39,712 nucleotides of DNA from Hyphomicrobiales bacterium (GTDB lineage: Bacteria; Pseudomonadota; Alphaproteobacteria; Rhizobiales; Devosiaceae): NCBI GenBank assembly GCA_044506585.1, contig JBIQKK010000017.1:1-39712 (forward strand), read 5' to 3'. A program made the translations under genes and the position numbers. The notes below the pieces were generated by a model, which worked only from the letters and a program-made list of their open reading frames with translations, did no database searches and had not been told where the DNA came from. Below are positions 19,994 to 29,492 of this stretch, piece by piece. The number at the start of each line of letters is the position of its first letter. Position 1 is the first letter of the stretch.

Positions 19994-20833
19994 ATGGCCG
20001 GCGTCCCCGTGCTCACCCTCAATGACGGCAACACCATCCCGCAGATCGGACTCGGCGTGTGGCAGGTCGAGCCGGATATCACGGCAAGGGTTGTGCGGGA
20101 CGGCATTGCCGCGGGCTACCGCCTGATCGACACGGCCGAGGGCTACGACAACGAGCAGGGCGTGGGCGAAGCCATTCGGACGGCGGGCGTCCCGCGCAAT
20201 GAGCTGTTCATCACCTCAAAGCTGCGCACCGGCGGGCATGCCCGGGACGAGGCGCTCAAGAGCTTCGACGACACGATGAAGAAGCTTGGGATCGACCAGA
20301 TCGACATGTTCCTGATCCATTGGCCCGCGCCAGGCCGGGACAAATATGTCGAGGCGTGGAAGACCCTGATCGAGCTGCAGGAGCAGGGCCGCATCAAGTC
20401 GATCGGCGTCTCGAACTTCAACCAGGACCACATCGAACGGATCGTCGATGAGACCGGGGTGATGCCGGTGGTCAACCAGATCGAGCTCCATCCCTATTTC
20501 CCCCAGCTCGACAAGCGGGACTTCCTCAAGAGCAAGAACATCCACATCGAGAGCTACAGCCCGCTGGGGTCCGGCGAGGTGCTGAAGGACGAAACGATCA
20601 AGCAGATCGGCGGCAAATACGGCAAGTCGATCGCGCAGGTGATCATCCGGTGGCACCTGCAGCAGGGCAATATCGTGATCCCGAAGTCGACGCATGCCGA
20701 GCGGATGCAGGAGAACTTCAACGTGTTCGATTTCGAACTGTCGGACGAGGACGTGAAGGCGATCACGGGGCTCGACAAAGGCGAAGAGGGAAGGACGGGA
20801 TCGAACCCCGCGACCAATAACGACGTCTTCTAG
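19994..20833 (+). CDS. aldo/keto reductase (2,5-diketo-D-gluconate reductase-like)
   Basis: IPQIGLGVWQ, IDTAEGY, FITSKL, LIHWP, IGVSNF, NQIELHP, IPKS; AAGGAG RBS before ATG 19994. Confidence 0.95.
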   Translation: MAGVPVLTLNDGNTIPQIGLGVWQVEPDITARVVRDGIAAGYRLIDTAEGYDNEQGVGEAIRTAGVPRNELFITSKLRTGGHARDEALKSFDDTMKKLGIDQIDMFLIHWPAPGRDKYVEAWKTLIELQEQGRIKSIGVSNFNQDHIERIVDETGVMPVVNQIELHPYFPQLDKRDFLKSKNIHIESYSPLGSGEVLKDETIKQIGGKYGKSIAQVIIRWHLQQGNIVIPKSTHAERMQENFNVFDFELSDEDVKAITGLDKGEEGRTGSNPATNNDVF

Positions 20834-21708
20834 CGGCGGCGGAAGAGCAGGTCGCTCGCGGCCAGAACCGCTCCGGCGGTGATAAGCACGCAAGCGACCA
20901 GCAGGGCGTGGCTGTAAGCGGCGTAGCCGGTGACGATAAGGATCGCGGTCGAGAGCAGCGGGGCCGCGTAGGAGGCGGCCCCGAGCACCTGGATATCGCC
21001 GTGCTTGACCCCCACATCCCAAACGTAAAAAGCGAGGCCAACCGGTCCGAGCCCAAGTCCAATTATTGCCGCCCATTGCCAGGCGGTTGTGGGCCACACT
21101 GTGGGTTCGATGGCGAGGTGGACCATTGCCGCCAGGAGTGCGGTTGCGAGGCAGAAGCCGGTGATGGCGTCGCTCGGCACGTGCGCAAACCGCCGCGACA
21201 GGACGGAGTAGCTGGACCAGGCCAGTGCCGCGAACAGCGCAGCCGCGTAGCCCGGGAGGTAGGCCATATCGAAGGTGAAGCCCTGTCCGCGCGTGACGAC
21301 CAGCATTGCGCCGGCCAGCGCCAGCACGCAGCCGGCGATGTGCTGCCATTTGAGGCGTTCGCCGGGAAGAAGCGCCGAGAACACCACGATCAGCAGCGGC
21401 CACAGATAGTTCAGCAGCCCCGCCTCGACCACGGGCGCATTGCGGAGCGCGATGAAATAGGCGGCGTGGTAGCCGAAGAGGCCGCCGACGCCGAGGAGCC
21501 ACACGCGCCAGGGCTGGCGCAGGGCTTTGGCGGCAGAGGGGCGGACCGCCCATAACGCGACGCCTGCGACGCCGCCGATCGCGAAGGTGATGGCGGTCAG
21601 CTGGAAGGGCGGCATGGCCCCGCTTGCCGCGGTGAAGACGGCGAGCAGGCTCCACAGGAGGACGGCGGCAAATCCGATGGCGGTCGCAACGGGGCGGGTG
21701 ATGGTCAT
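20830..21708 (-). CDS. DMT/EamA-family exporter (YddG-like)
   Basis: About 10 TM helices in two EamA repeats; LLNYLWPLLIV, AFYVWDVGVKHGDI, SYAAPLLST. Confidence 0.9.
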   Translation of the reverse strand: MTITRPVATAIGFAAVLLWSLLAVFTAASGAMPPFQLTAITFAIGGVAGVALWAVRPSAAKALRQPWRVWLLGVGGLFGYHAAYFIALRNAPVVEAGLLNYLWPLLIVVFSALLPGERLKWQHIAGCVLALAGAMLVVTRGQGFTFDMAYLPGYAAALFAALAWSSYSVLSRRFAHVPSDAITGFCLATALLAAMVHLAIEPTVWPTTAWQWAAIIGLGLGPVGLAFYVWDVGVKHGDIQVLGAASYAAPLLSTAILIVTGYAAYSHALLVACVLITAGAVLAASDLLFRRR

Positions 21709-21743
21709 GCGGTGCTGGTAATGGATTTATGCGCGCATGGAAA

Positions 21744-21772
21744 TTGCGCGCCGTGCCGACGCTGCCTAGATT
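21744..21772 (+). promoter_or_regulatory. putative sigma70 promoter giving a leaderless mRNA
   Basis: TTGCGC-N17-TAGATT, 6 nt before ATG 21779, with no SD. Confidence 0.6.
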
Positions 21773-21778
21773 GACGCC

Positions 21779-22102
21779 ATGACCGATCTCCCTGACCGCC
21801 AGTCGCTCAACCGCCGCTCGGACGCCGCTTTCAATGTGCTGCAATACGATATGCTCGCCGAGCAGGCGGCCTCGCTCGGACATCACGGGCGCCTCGTCGA
21901 AAAGGCCATGGCGGCGCTCAAGGGGGACGACGCAACCGATCCAGAGCAGCGGTTGGCGCTTGTGAAGAAGGCCGCGCGCGAGGTCTGGGCGTATTTCGTA
22001 CAGCGCGAGGCCTGCGGGATGCGCGACCACCGCGAGGTCATCAAGGACTACGGAATTCCCGGGGAAGTGCTGGCCCGCCTCGGGGCGGTCGAGAACATCT
22101 AA
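21779..22102 (+). CDS. conserved alphaproteobacterial hypothetical protein (DUF6665-like)
   Basis: EQAASLG..GR, VWAYFVQREACG, YGIPGEVLARLG pattern; family name recalled, not searched. Confidence 0.8.
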   Translation: MTDLPDRQSLNRRSDAAFNVLQYDMLAEQAASLGHHGRLVEKAMAALKGDDATDPEQRLALVKKAAREVWAYFVQREACGMRDHREVIKDYGIPGEVLARLGAVENI

Positions 22103-22550
22103 AGATAGAGCTTGAAGCCTTCGTGGCTCCGGAGGAAGCCAAGCCGCTCGTAGAAGCGGTGGGCGTCCGTGCGCTTCTTGTTGGAGGTGAGTTGCACCAT
22201 GCCGCAACGGCGCTCGCGGCAGCGGTCGATCGCCCAGCGCATCATCTCGGCTCCGATGCCGCGATTTCGGTGCGATGCCGCCACATGCACGACCTCGATC
22301 ATGCCGCGCCACATGCCGCGGCGCATAAGTCCGGGCAGATAGGTGAGCTGGAAACAGCCCACGGGGACGCCGCCCTCCTCGCCACGATCATTTCCTGATT
22401 GGGGTCGGCGTCGATGGCGGCGAGCGCACCGGTGTAGTCGGGATGCGATGCGTCCGCGGGATCGTCGTTGGTGGATACGACGGAGTCCTCGACGATAAGG
22501 CCGATGATAAAGGGCAGGTCGCCGCGTACGGCGTTGCGATAGGTGAGCAT
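22099..22550 (-). pseudogene. GNAT acetyltransferase split by a 1-nt deletion (or sequencing error)
   Basis: 452 nt = 3n+2; N-half ..DPNQEMIVA and C-half EEGGVPVGCFQLTY..HRNRGIG..AHRFYERLGF join if one base is added near 22381. Confidence 0.8.
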
Positions 22551-22602
22551 GTGAGTTGCCTCCGGTCCGCTGATTAGGACAGCGGAGGCGGCAAGGCCAG
22601 TG

Positions 22603-24144
22603 CTAAACCCGCTGGCCCTTCGGGCTGAGGCTCCATGCGACGAACAGGGTCACAAGGGCGAGCGTGGCGGGGAGAACGGCGATCCAGTCCTGGTCGCCGG
22701 CAACGAGCACAGCGGTTCCCGCCCAGAAAATGGAGCTCAGGGCTTCGGCGATTGTCGAGACGCGCGAGGCGACCTGACGGCGGCGGAACATGGCGCGCCG
22801 CATGGGTACGCGGAACCAAAGCTGGATGGCGGTCGCCGAACCCGATGAGATGGCAGCGAAGACCGCGGTGGTCGCGGCCAGCTCGAAGGAGGCGAACATC
22901 ATCAGGATGATGATGGGGGTGAGCAGGACCAGCACGACGATCGCGACCGCTTCGATCTTGGCCTGCAGCACAGCCTGCGGCGAGACGGGCGCGGTGACGA
23001 CGAGATCGTGCGCGTCCTCACCCGATATCGCGAGCCAGCTGAGGCCGCCCGAGAGCTGGCCGACGGCCATCACGAGCACGGGGATCACGACGACATAGGT
23101 GCCGGCGGACTGGCCGTAGCTGATCCACAGATAAAGCGCGGGCGGGACGAGGTAGAAGACCTGCATCAGCGTCTGGCTCAGGAGCCAGGGGTCGCGGGCG
23201 AGGAGCTTCCACTCCTTGACGCGCAGCTGTTGCTTCTGGCTGCGGGGGCGGAACCGGATGACACCCCGCTGCTCTGCGGTGGTTCGTGCCGAAACGCCAG
23301 CCGCCGCAATCGCGTGCCGGCCGAAGCTGGTGGCCGCAAGTGCGATGCTGCCGGCGAGGGCCGCGAGGCCGACCGCAACCATGCCGATCAGCGCTGGCCA
23401 GTCGCCGAGGACGGCTCTGGCGGGTGCCCACACGATGCTCCCGACCGGCGGCATCCAGCCGATGAATTCGGGATCGGCGAAGACCGCAAAGCGCGACATG
23501 TTGCCGAAATGGAGGATCGCGACGGCCTGGATGCCGATGACGAATCCGGCCCCGACGATGGCGGCGACGATCTGGGCGATGAGGCGCGTGCGCCGTGGAC
23601 CGGCGAAGCGGAAGAGCCCGAGGGTGATCAACACCGCAAGAGCAGTCGCGACCGCTGAGAGGGCCGCGAGTGCAGGGTAGGCCATCAGCCAGCGCGGACC
23701 GTCGTGGAGGATGAGGATGTCGACGATGGGGCTCGCGAGCAGGCAGGCGAGCAGCAACGTGGTGATCGCAGTGATTCCGGTGCGGACGGCAAACAATTGC
23801 CGCGACGATGCGGGGGAACTGAGGATCAGGTCGAGATCGGAGCGGGTGTAGTAGGCGCGCGTCACCGATTCCAGCGCCTGGCTCAGCATCACGGTCCAGA
23901 ACAGGAAGCCCGTGCTGGTGACGAGCACCAGGGTCGGCTTGTCGGCGACGACACCAGCGGCGACCCAGGGGGCGACGATCGCGTTGGCCAGCAGGTGCAG
24001 CAGAGCCGCGGCGCCGATGAGGATGACGATGAGCACGATGCGCCGCGTGGGATGGCCGCCAGTCATCATCGCGATCGCGTCGCGTGCCATCAGCCGCCAT
24101 TCATGGGCGGCGAACCAGGGCATGGTGGCAGGCGCGAAATTCAT
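22603..24144 (-). CDS. ABC exporter permease (ABC-2 type, about 12 TM)
   Basis: Start ATG 24144 overlaps the ATPase stop (ATGA); RSDLDLILSSP, KEWKLLARDP, EDAHDLVVTAPV. Confidence 0.88.
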   Translation of the reverse strand: MNFAPATMPWFAAHEWRLMARDAIAMMTGGHPTRRIVLIVILIGAAALLHLLANAIVAPWVAAGVVADKPTLVLVTSTGFLFWTVMLSQALESVTRAYYTRSDLDLILSSPASSRQLFAVRTGITAITTLLLACLLASPIVDILILHDGPRWLMAYPALAALSAVATALAVLITLGLFRFAGPRRTRLIAQIVAAIVGAGFVIGIQAVAILHFGNMSRFAVFADPEFIGWMPPVGSIVWAPARAVLGDWPALIGMVAVGLAALAGSIALAATSFGRHAIAAAGVSARTTAEQRGVIRFRPRSQKQQLRVKEWKLLARDPWLLSQTLMQVFYLVPPALYLWISYGQSAGTYVVVIPVLVMAVGQLSGGLSWLAISGEDAHDLVVTAPVSPQAVLQAKIEAVAIVVLVLLTPIIILMMFASFELAATTAVFAAISSGSATAIQLWFRVPMRRAMFRRRQVASRVSTIAEALSSIFWAGTAVLVAGDQDWIAVLPATLALVTLFVAWSLSPKGQRV

Positions 24145-24914
24145 GCGACGGCGGCGACCGCGGGATCCGCGTCCATCTCTTTTTGCGCGACGAGATCGAG
24201 GAAGATTTCCTCGAGGGTGGTCTCGCGGCCGACCCGCGCGCGCAGTTCCGCGAGCGTGCCTTCTGCGACGAGCCGGCCGTGATTGATGACGCCGATCCTC
24301 TCGGCCATACGCTCGGCGACTTCCAGAATGTGGGTTGTCATGATGACCGTGACGCCCTGGCGGACCTTGTCGAGGAGGACCTGCTTGACCTGCCGGGCGG
24401 ACCCGGCATCGAGGCCGGTGAGGGGTTCGTCGAGAATGATGAGACGCGGGTCGTGGACGAGTGCGCCGGCGAGCGCAACCTTTTGCAGCATGCCCTTGCT
24501 GAAGCCGCCGCAACGCTGGCGCGCGAAGGGCGCGAGCCCAAGCCACTCGATCAGTTCGGTCGCGCGCTGCTGGGCGTGGCGGGCGTCGATGCGCCAGAGG
24601 CCGGCGACGAATTCGAGGTATTCGTAGGGGGTGAGGCGGTCGTAGACCATCGGCTCATCCGACACCCAGGCGACGATCGACTTGGCCGCAAGCGGATCAG
24701 TGCGGGTATCGATGCCGAACACTGAGATGTTTCCCGCTTCCGGCTGCAGGAGCCCTGCAACCATGCGCAGAATCGTCGTTTTGCCGGCGCCGTTCGGACC
24801 GAGCAGGGCGTAGAACTCGCCCGCCTTCACGCTGAGGCTGAGATCCTTGACGACCGGGCGGTCGAAACTCTTGCTGAGCCCCCGGATTTCCAAGGCTTTG
24901 GGGCTTTCAGACAT
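24141..24914 (-). CDS. ABC transporter ATP-binding protein
   Basis: GPNGAGKTT, FSKGM signature, ILDEPLTGLD, TTH; start re-assigned to ATG 24914. Confidence 0.95.
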   Translation of the reverse strand: MSESPKALEIRGLSKSFDRPVVKDLSLSVKAGEFYALLGPNGAGKTTILRMVAGLLQPEAGNISVFGIDTRTDPLAAKSIVAWVSDEPMVYDRLTPYEYLEFVAGLWRIDARHAQQRATELIEWLGLAPFARQRCGGFSKGMLQKVALAGALVHDPRLIILDEPLTGLDAGSARQVKQVLLDKVRQGVTVIMTTHILEVAERMAERIGVINHGRLVAEGTLAELRARVGRETTLEEIFLDLVAQKEMDADPAVAAVA

Positions 24915-24999
24915 CGCGGGCTCCGGCTCGTAAGTCGTGGAGGCTAGCGACGGAGCGTTGAGGCGCCATGAAGCCGAACAGTTAAAGAATTCGCTATTC

Positions 25000-25025
25000 G
25001 GAACTTTCCGCCGGTTGGCGCTGTT
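25000..25025 (+). promoter_or_regulatory. putative sigma-EcfG (general stress) promoter
   Basis: GGAAC-N18-GTT, ending 33 nt before ATG 25059. Confidence 0.6.
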
Positions 25026-25058
25026 AGCCAGACAAACAATAGATGGAGACAAGAAAAA

Positions 25059-25250
25059 ATGGCTGACCGTGAAACGATTATCGAAACCGGGGGCGATGGC
25101 GGAGCGGCCGGTATTGTTGCCGGACTCGTGATCGTCGCGCTTGTGGCCGTCGGTTTCTTCTTTTTCTTCGGCCTCAACAATGGCGGCTCGGGAACTGTCG
25201 ATCTCGACGTGCCGGCCGTGACTGTCGATGTGACCCCCGACGGGCAATAA
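25059..25250 (+). CDS. small single-TM protein (63 aa)
   Basis: GGAG RBS, Gly-rich linker, TM GIVAGLVIVALVAVGFFFFFG, acidic VDLDVP tail, terminator after the stop. Confidence 0.8.
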   Translation: MADRETIIETGGDGGAAGIVAGLVIVALVAVGFFFFFGLNNGGSGTVDLDVPAVTVDVTPDGQ

Positions 25251-25268
25251 GAACCGACAGCAGCAGCG

Positions 25269-25302
25269 AACAAGGGCGGCCGCGTTGGCCGCCCTCTTTG
25301 TT
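25269..25302. terminator. bidirectional intrinsic terminator
   Basis: AACAA-GGGCGGCC-gcgtt-GGCCGCCC-TCTTTGTT between convergent genes. Confidence 0.75.
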
Positions 25303-25333
25303 CGTGCAACCGCGATCGCCAGCGACGACAATG

Positions 25334-26446
25334 CTAGCGGGCGAAGCGGTAGCCTTCGGGTACGCCGTTGGGCGACAGCACGAACTGCCAGACCTGCAGG
25401 ATGCGGGAGCGGAAGCCTCCGGCGCAGCAGAGCAGGTAGTACTTCCACATCCGATAGAAGCGCATGTCCTCGGGCGTATTGCGCCGGGTCCATTTGCGAT
25501 CGAAATTCTCGTACCAGGCGCACAGCGTCTTGTCGTAGTGCGGCCCGATATTGTGAACGTCGACCACAGCCCAGAGGCCGTCGATGGCCTTGCCGACCTG
25601 CGCCATCGAGGGAATGACGCCGCCCGGGAAGATGTACTTCTCGAGCCAGGGCTCGATGGTGTCGCTGGTGTAATGCTGGCCGATGGTATGGAGCAGGAAC
25701 AGCCCGTCCTCGCGGATGACCTGCCGCGCCTTCTCGAAGTAGGTGCGATAGTTGCGGTGGCCGACATGCTCGAACATGCCCATCGAAACGACGTGGTCGG
25801 CCTTGCCTTCGAACAAGCGGTAGTCCTTCACCTGGAACTCGACCGGCAGGTCTTTATACCGCTCGCGGCCGTAGGCGGCCTGGTCGGGGGAGACCGTGAC
25901 GCCGACACAGTTCGCCCGGTATTTCTCGGCGGCAAAGCCCATGAAAGCGCCCCAGCCGCAACCGATGTCCCACACGGTCTGGCCGGCCTGGAGCCCGATC
26001 TTGCGGCAGATGAGATCGAGCTTGGCCTCCTGGGCGTCATCGAGGTTGGTGACACCCTCGGGCCAGTAGCCGCAGGAACCGGTCATGCGATTGTCGAGCG
26101 AGGCTTTGTAGGCGTCGGTCTCGCTGTAGTGCATCTTGGCCACGCGCTGGCTGCGCGCGATGGTCTGCATGTTGAGCAGCTTGGCCTGGGCGAGTTGCCA
26201 GATCAGGTTCGGGGTAATGGTCAGCTTCTGGTGGATGCCGCCGCGGATGACGCGGTTGAAGAATTCCGCGAGGTCGGCTGCGTCCCACCAGCCGTCCATA
26301 TAGGCTTCGCCCAGCCCGAGTGACCCCTGGGCGAACAATCGGGTCCACAAGCGTTCGTCGTGAATCTGGATGTCCCAGGGATTGGGACCGTTCAGAGTGA
26401 TCCCCGCCTCGCCCAGCAACCCAACGATGCGGTCTTTTTCGCTCAC
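25334..26446 (-). CDS. cfa: cyclopropane-fatty-acyl-phospholipid synthase
   Basis: GSLGLGEAYMDGWWD, SCGYW, AQEAKLDLICRK, DIGCGWG, SMGMFEHVG, KYIFPGG, FYRMWKYYL; GTG start 26446. Confidence 0.95.
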   Translation of the reverse strand: MSEKDRIVGLLGEAGITLNGPNPWDIQIHDERLWTRLFAQGSLGLGEAYMDGWWDAADLAEFFNRVIRGGIHQKLTITPNLIWQLAQAKLLNMQTIARSQRVAKMHYSETDAYKASLDNRMTGSCGYWPEGVTNLDDAQEAKLDLICRKIGLQAGQTVWDIGCGWGAFMGFAAEKYRANCVGVTVSPDQAAYGRERYKDLPVEFQVKDYRLFEGKADHVVSMGMFEHVGHRNYRTYFEKARQVIREDGLFLLHTIGQHYTSDTIEPWLEKYIFPGGVIPSMAQVGKAIDGLWAVVDVHNIGPHYDKTLCAWYENFDRKWTRRNTPEDMRFYRMWKYYLLCCAGGFRSRILQVWQFVLSPNGVPEGYRFAR

Positions 26447-26526
26447 CGGTCTCGCCCCCTGCCTTCGCGCGCCACAGCAAAACGCAAGACGCATGCATGT
26501 CAAGAGCGCTGACCTGACAAGACCGT

Positions 26527-26552
26527 GGAACCGCCCGGCCACCCAGCCGGTT
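26527..26552 (+). promoter_or_regulatory. putative sigma-EcfG promoter of ypfJ
   Basis: GGAAC-N18-GTT, ending 72 nt before ATG 26625. Confidence 0.5.
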
Positions 26553-26624
26553 GCTCGTGATGGCAGCGATCTGGCCTTGCCCCTGTCGCCGCAATAACAT
26601 GGGACGGCAAGCGGAGCGTCGAAC

Positions 26625-27542
26625 ATGGTGAAATGGCAGGGCCGGCAGGGCAGCTCGAATATTGAGGACCGGCGGGGGCAGGGCGGTGGTGGCCTGGGTG
26701 GCGGCTTCGGACGAGGCGGCTTTGGGTCACCTTATGGACGCGGTGGCGGGCTCAGGCTGCCCGTCGGCCGGTCCGGCGGGATGGGCAGCCTCATCGTCAT
26801 TGTCATTTTCATCGGGATCGCGCTGGCCTTCGGCATCAACCCGCTGACCGTCCTCACCGGTGGCGGGTCATCGACCGACATCCCCTTCCAGCAGACGCTG
26901 CCGCCGCAGAATGCCGGGCAGGACGAGCTTGCCGAGTTCGTCAGCGTGATGGTCAAGGACACCGAGGACTATTGGGGGACCTTTTTCCAGAACCAGGGCG
27001 ACAGGTACACGCCGCCCAAGGTGGTGCTGTTCAGCGGCCAGACCCAATCGGGTTGTGGTGTCGCCGACGCGGCGAGCGGGCCGTTCTACTGCCCCAACGA
27101 CGCCAAGGTCTATATCGACCTCAGCTTCTACGACCAGTTGCGACGGCAGTTCGGAGCGCCGGGCGACTTCGCCCAGGCCTATGTGATCGCTCACGAAGTC
27201 GGGCACCACGTCCAGAACCTGATCGGGGTGCTTCCCGAGTTCAACCGCGCGCGGCAGACGATGTCGCAGGAACAGGCCAATGCCGCATCCGTGAAAGTCG
27301 AGCTGCAGGCCGATTGCTTCGCGGGTGCGTGGGCGCGCGATGAGTTCGAGCGCGGTTTCCTCGAAAGCGGCGATCTCGAGGAGGCGATGAACGCGGCCAA
27401 CCAGATCGGCGACGACCGGCTGACCGGCGGGCGCGTCCCATCGACGCAGTTCACCCACGGTACGTCCGAGCAGCGGATGAAGTGGTTCCGGCAGGGGTAT
27501 GAAAGCGGCGATCCGGCGCGCTGCGATACGAGCTCGCCCTGA
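26625..27542 (+). CDS. ypfJ: neutral zinc metallopeptidase (YpfJ family)
   Basis: SSNIEDRRG, GPFYCP, YVIAHEVGHHVQ (HExxH), ELQADCFAG, FTHGTSEQR. Confidence 0.93.
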   Translation: MVKWQGRQGSSNIEDRRGQGGGGLGGGFGRGGFGSPYGRGGGLRLPVGRSGGMGSLIVIVIFIGIALAFGINPLTVLTGGGSSTDIPFQQTLPPQNAGQDELAEFVSVMVKDTEDYWGTFFQNQGDRYTPPKVVLFSGQTQSGCGVADAASGPFYCPNDAKVYIDLSFYDQLRRQFGAPGDFAQAYVIAHEVGHHVQNLIGVLPEFNRARQTMSQEQANAASVKVELQADCFAGAWARDEFERGFLESGDLEEAMNAANQIGDDRLTGGRVPSTQFTHGTSEQRMKWFRQGYESGDPARCDTSSP

Positions 27543-27770
27543 TCACGCTTTCGTTAGTGGCCCATGTCGATTAGAGCGACGATCTAGCTGCAATTCGCAT
27601 GGGATCGTGCCTGCCAGCACATGTCCCGATTTTGACTCAAAGTTTCCACGCAATGGCCTTCCCGTGGCAGGCAACCAATGCGGAATCGGCGGGTTGTCGG
27701 GGCGACGCGCTTAAGCCGTCACACGCTCTTTGAGCGTGCAATGACCACCCCAGCTTGAAGGGATATTGAT

Positions 27771-28109
27771 ATGAACAAGCTCGCACTGGTCGCCGCCGCG
27801 GCGCTCACCGCAGGCACTTTTGGTTTGGCCGCTCTCGCCCAGGACAACAACATCACCACGGGCGATTTCGACAAGGCCGATGGCAACAATGATGGCCTTG
27901 TGTCGCTGGCAGAGGCCATTGGCGTCTACCCGACCCTGACGGAGGTTCTGTTCAATCAGGCCGACGAAAACGGTGACGGAAGCCTGGACGAGGCCGAATT
28001 CACTTCGCTGCAGGGTCTGACTGCCGGTCTCGGCGGGACCTCGAGTGAGAATCCGTCGGTGAGCGTCGACTCGAGTTCCGAAAGCTCGTCGGAATCGAGC
28101 CAGCCGTAA
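27771..28109 (+). CDS. secreted two-EF-hand protein with Ser-rich tail
   Basis: Signal peptide ..AALA/QD; DGNNDGLVSLAE and DENGDGSLDEAE calcium-binding loops. Confidence 0.88.
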   Translation: MNKLALVAAAALTAGTFGLAALAQDNNITTGDFDKADGNNDGLVSLAEAIGVYPTLTEVLFNQADENGDGSLDEAEFTSLQGLTAGLGGTSSENPSVSVDSSSESSSESSQP

Positions 28110-28120
28110 GGCATCAATGT

Positions 28121-28143
28121 GGGGGCCGCAACGGCGCGGCCCC
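28121..28143. terminator. hairpin between the convergent EF-hand gene and carA
   Basis: GGGGCCGC-aacggc-GCGGCCCC; no clear U-tract. Confidence 0.45.
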
Positions 28144-28147
28144 TGCC

Positions 28148-29359
28148 TTATCCCGCCGCCTGGGCCGGTACCTGCTCGGGCTCGAGCGGCAGGCCGCGCT
28201 GGGCGCGGATCTGATTGACGAAGCGTGTGAAGAGATAGTGGCTGTCGTGCGGCCCCGGCGACGCTTCGGGATGGTACTGCACCGAAAAGATCGGCTTGCC
28301 GTCGACGCTCAGTCCGGCGTTCGATCCATCAAAGAGCGAGACGTGCGTCTGCGTGACGCTTTGCGGCAAGCTTGCCGCATCCACCGCAAACCCGTGGTTC
28401 ATCGAAGTGATCTCGACCTTGCCGGTCGTCAGGTCTTTCACCGGGTGATTGGCGCCGTGGTGACCCTGGTGCATCTTGCTGGTCTTGCCTCCCAGCGCGA
28501 GGCCGAGAAGCTGATGGCCAAGGCAGATGCCGAAGATCGGCTTGCCGGTCTCCATCAGCGCCTGAATGGTCGGCACGGCGTATTCGCCCGTTGCCGCCGG
28601 ATCGCCCGGACCATTGCTCAGGAAGATGCCGTCCGGCTTGTGCGCGAGGATGTCCTCGGCCGTCGCGGTCGCCGGAACGACGGTGACGCGGGCGCCCTGG
28701 TCGGCGAGCTGGCGCAGGATGTTGCGCTTGGCGCCGTAGTCCACGGCGACGATGTGGAACTGAGGGTTCTCCTGGGCCGCGTAGCCCTTGTTCCAGACCC
28801 AGGGCGTCTGGTCCCATTTGTAGGTCTGCGCGGTGGTGACTTCCTTGGCGAGGTCGAGCCCTTCGAGGCCGGGGAAGGCCTTGAGCTCGGCAGCGATCGC
28901 GGTCTCGTCGAACTGGCCGTCGGGCGCATGCGCGACGACGCCGTTGGGCATGCCATGTTCCCGGATGCGGGCGGTGAGGGCGCGCGTATCAATGCCGGCA
29001 ATGCCGACGATGTTGCGCTTCTTGAGCCAGGCGTCGAGACGTTCGGCGGCGCGGTAGTTTGCCGGATTGGTGATGTCGGCCTTGAGTACGACGCCGCGTA
29101 CGCCCGAGAGCGCCGCCATGTTCACCGTCTCGATGTCTTCGTCGTTGGCGCCGACATTGCCGATGTGCGGGAACGTGAAGGTCACGATCTGGCCGGCATA
29201 GGAGGGGTCCGTGAGGATTTCCTGGTAACCGGTCATCGCGGTGTTGAAGCAGACCTCGCCGGCGGCCTGGCCGATGGCGCCGATGCCGCGGCCCTCGAGG
29301 CGCGTACCATCCTCCAGGATCAGAAGCGCGGTCGCAGGCGTGGGCTGCCAGCCGGACAT
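28148..29359 (-). CDS. carA: carbamoyl-phosphate synthase small subunit
   Basis: GEVCFNTAMTGYQEILTDPSY, LSNGPGDP, GICLGHQ (catalytic Cys), QYHPEASPGP; start re-assigned to ATG 29359 (GGAG RBS). Confidence 0.98.
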   Translation of the reverse strand: MSGWQPTPATALLILEDGTRLEGRGIGAIGQAAGEVCFNTAMTGYQEILTDPSYAGQIVTFTFPHIGNVGANDEDIETVNMAALSGVRGVVLKADITNPANYRAAERLDAWLKKRNIVGIAGIDTRALTARIREHGMPNGVVAHAPDGQFDETAIAAELKAFPGLEGLDLAKEVTTAQTYKWDQTPWVWNKGYAAQENPQFHIVAVDYGAKRNILRQLADQGARVTVVPATATAEDILAHKPDGIFLSNGPGDPAATGEYAVPTIQALMETGKPIFGICLGHQLLGLALGGKTSKMHQGHHGANHPVKDLTTGKVEITSMNHGFAVDAASLPQSVTQTHVSLFDGSNAGLSVDGKPIFSVQYHPEASPGPHDSHYLFTRFVNQIRAQRGLPLEPEQVPAQAAG

Positions 29360-29382
29360 GGCGGGTCTCCAGTAGGTCTCGA

Positions 29383-29427
29383 TGCGGGTTGAGGGCTCCC
29401 CATAGAGGGCCCCGGGCGACGGCGCAA
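29383..29427 (-). promoter_or_regulatory. putative carA promoter
   Basis: TTGCGC-N17-TATGGG followed by GAGCCCTCAACCCGCA. Confidence 0.55.
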
Positions 29428-29492
29428 GTAGCGGGGCGCCGCCTGAGGCTGTATATGGGGCCCAAATTGCGGAATTTGAAGGGAAGTCAGCC

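Noticed and set aside
20216-22312. 698-aa minus-strand ORF
   Set aside because: Arg/Pro-rich off-frame sequence across the AKR, EamA, DUF6665-like and GNAT genes
22603-25523. 647-aa and 460-aa extended ABC ORFs
   Set aside because: The extensions overlap other genes; the real starts are 24144 and 24914
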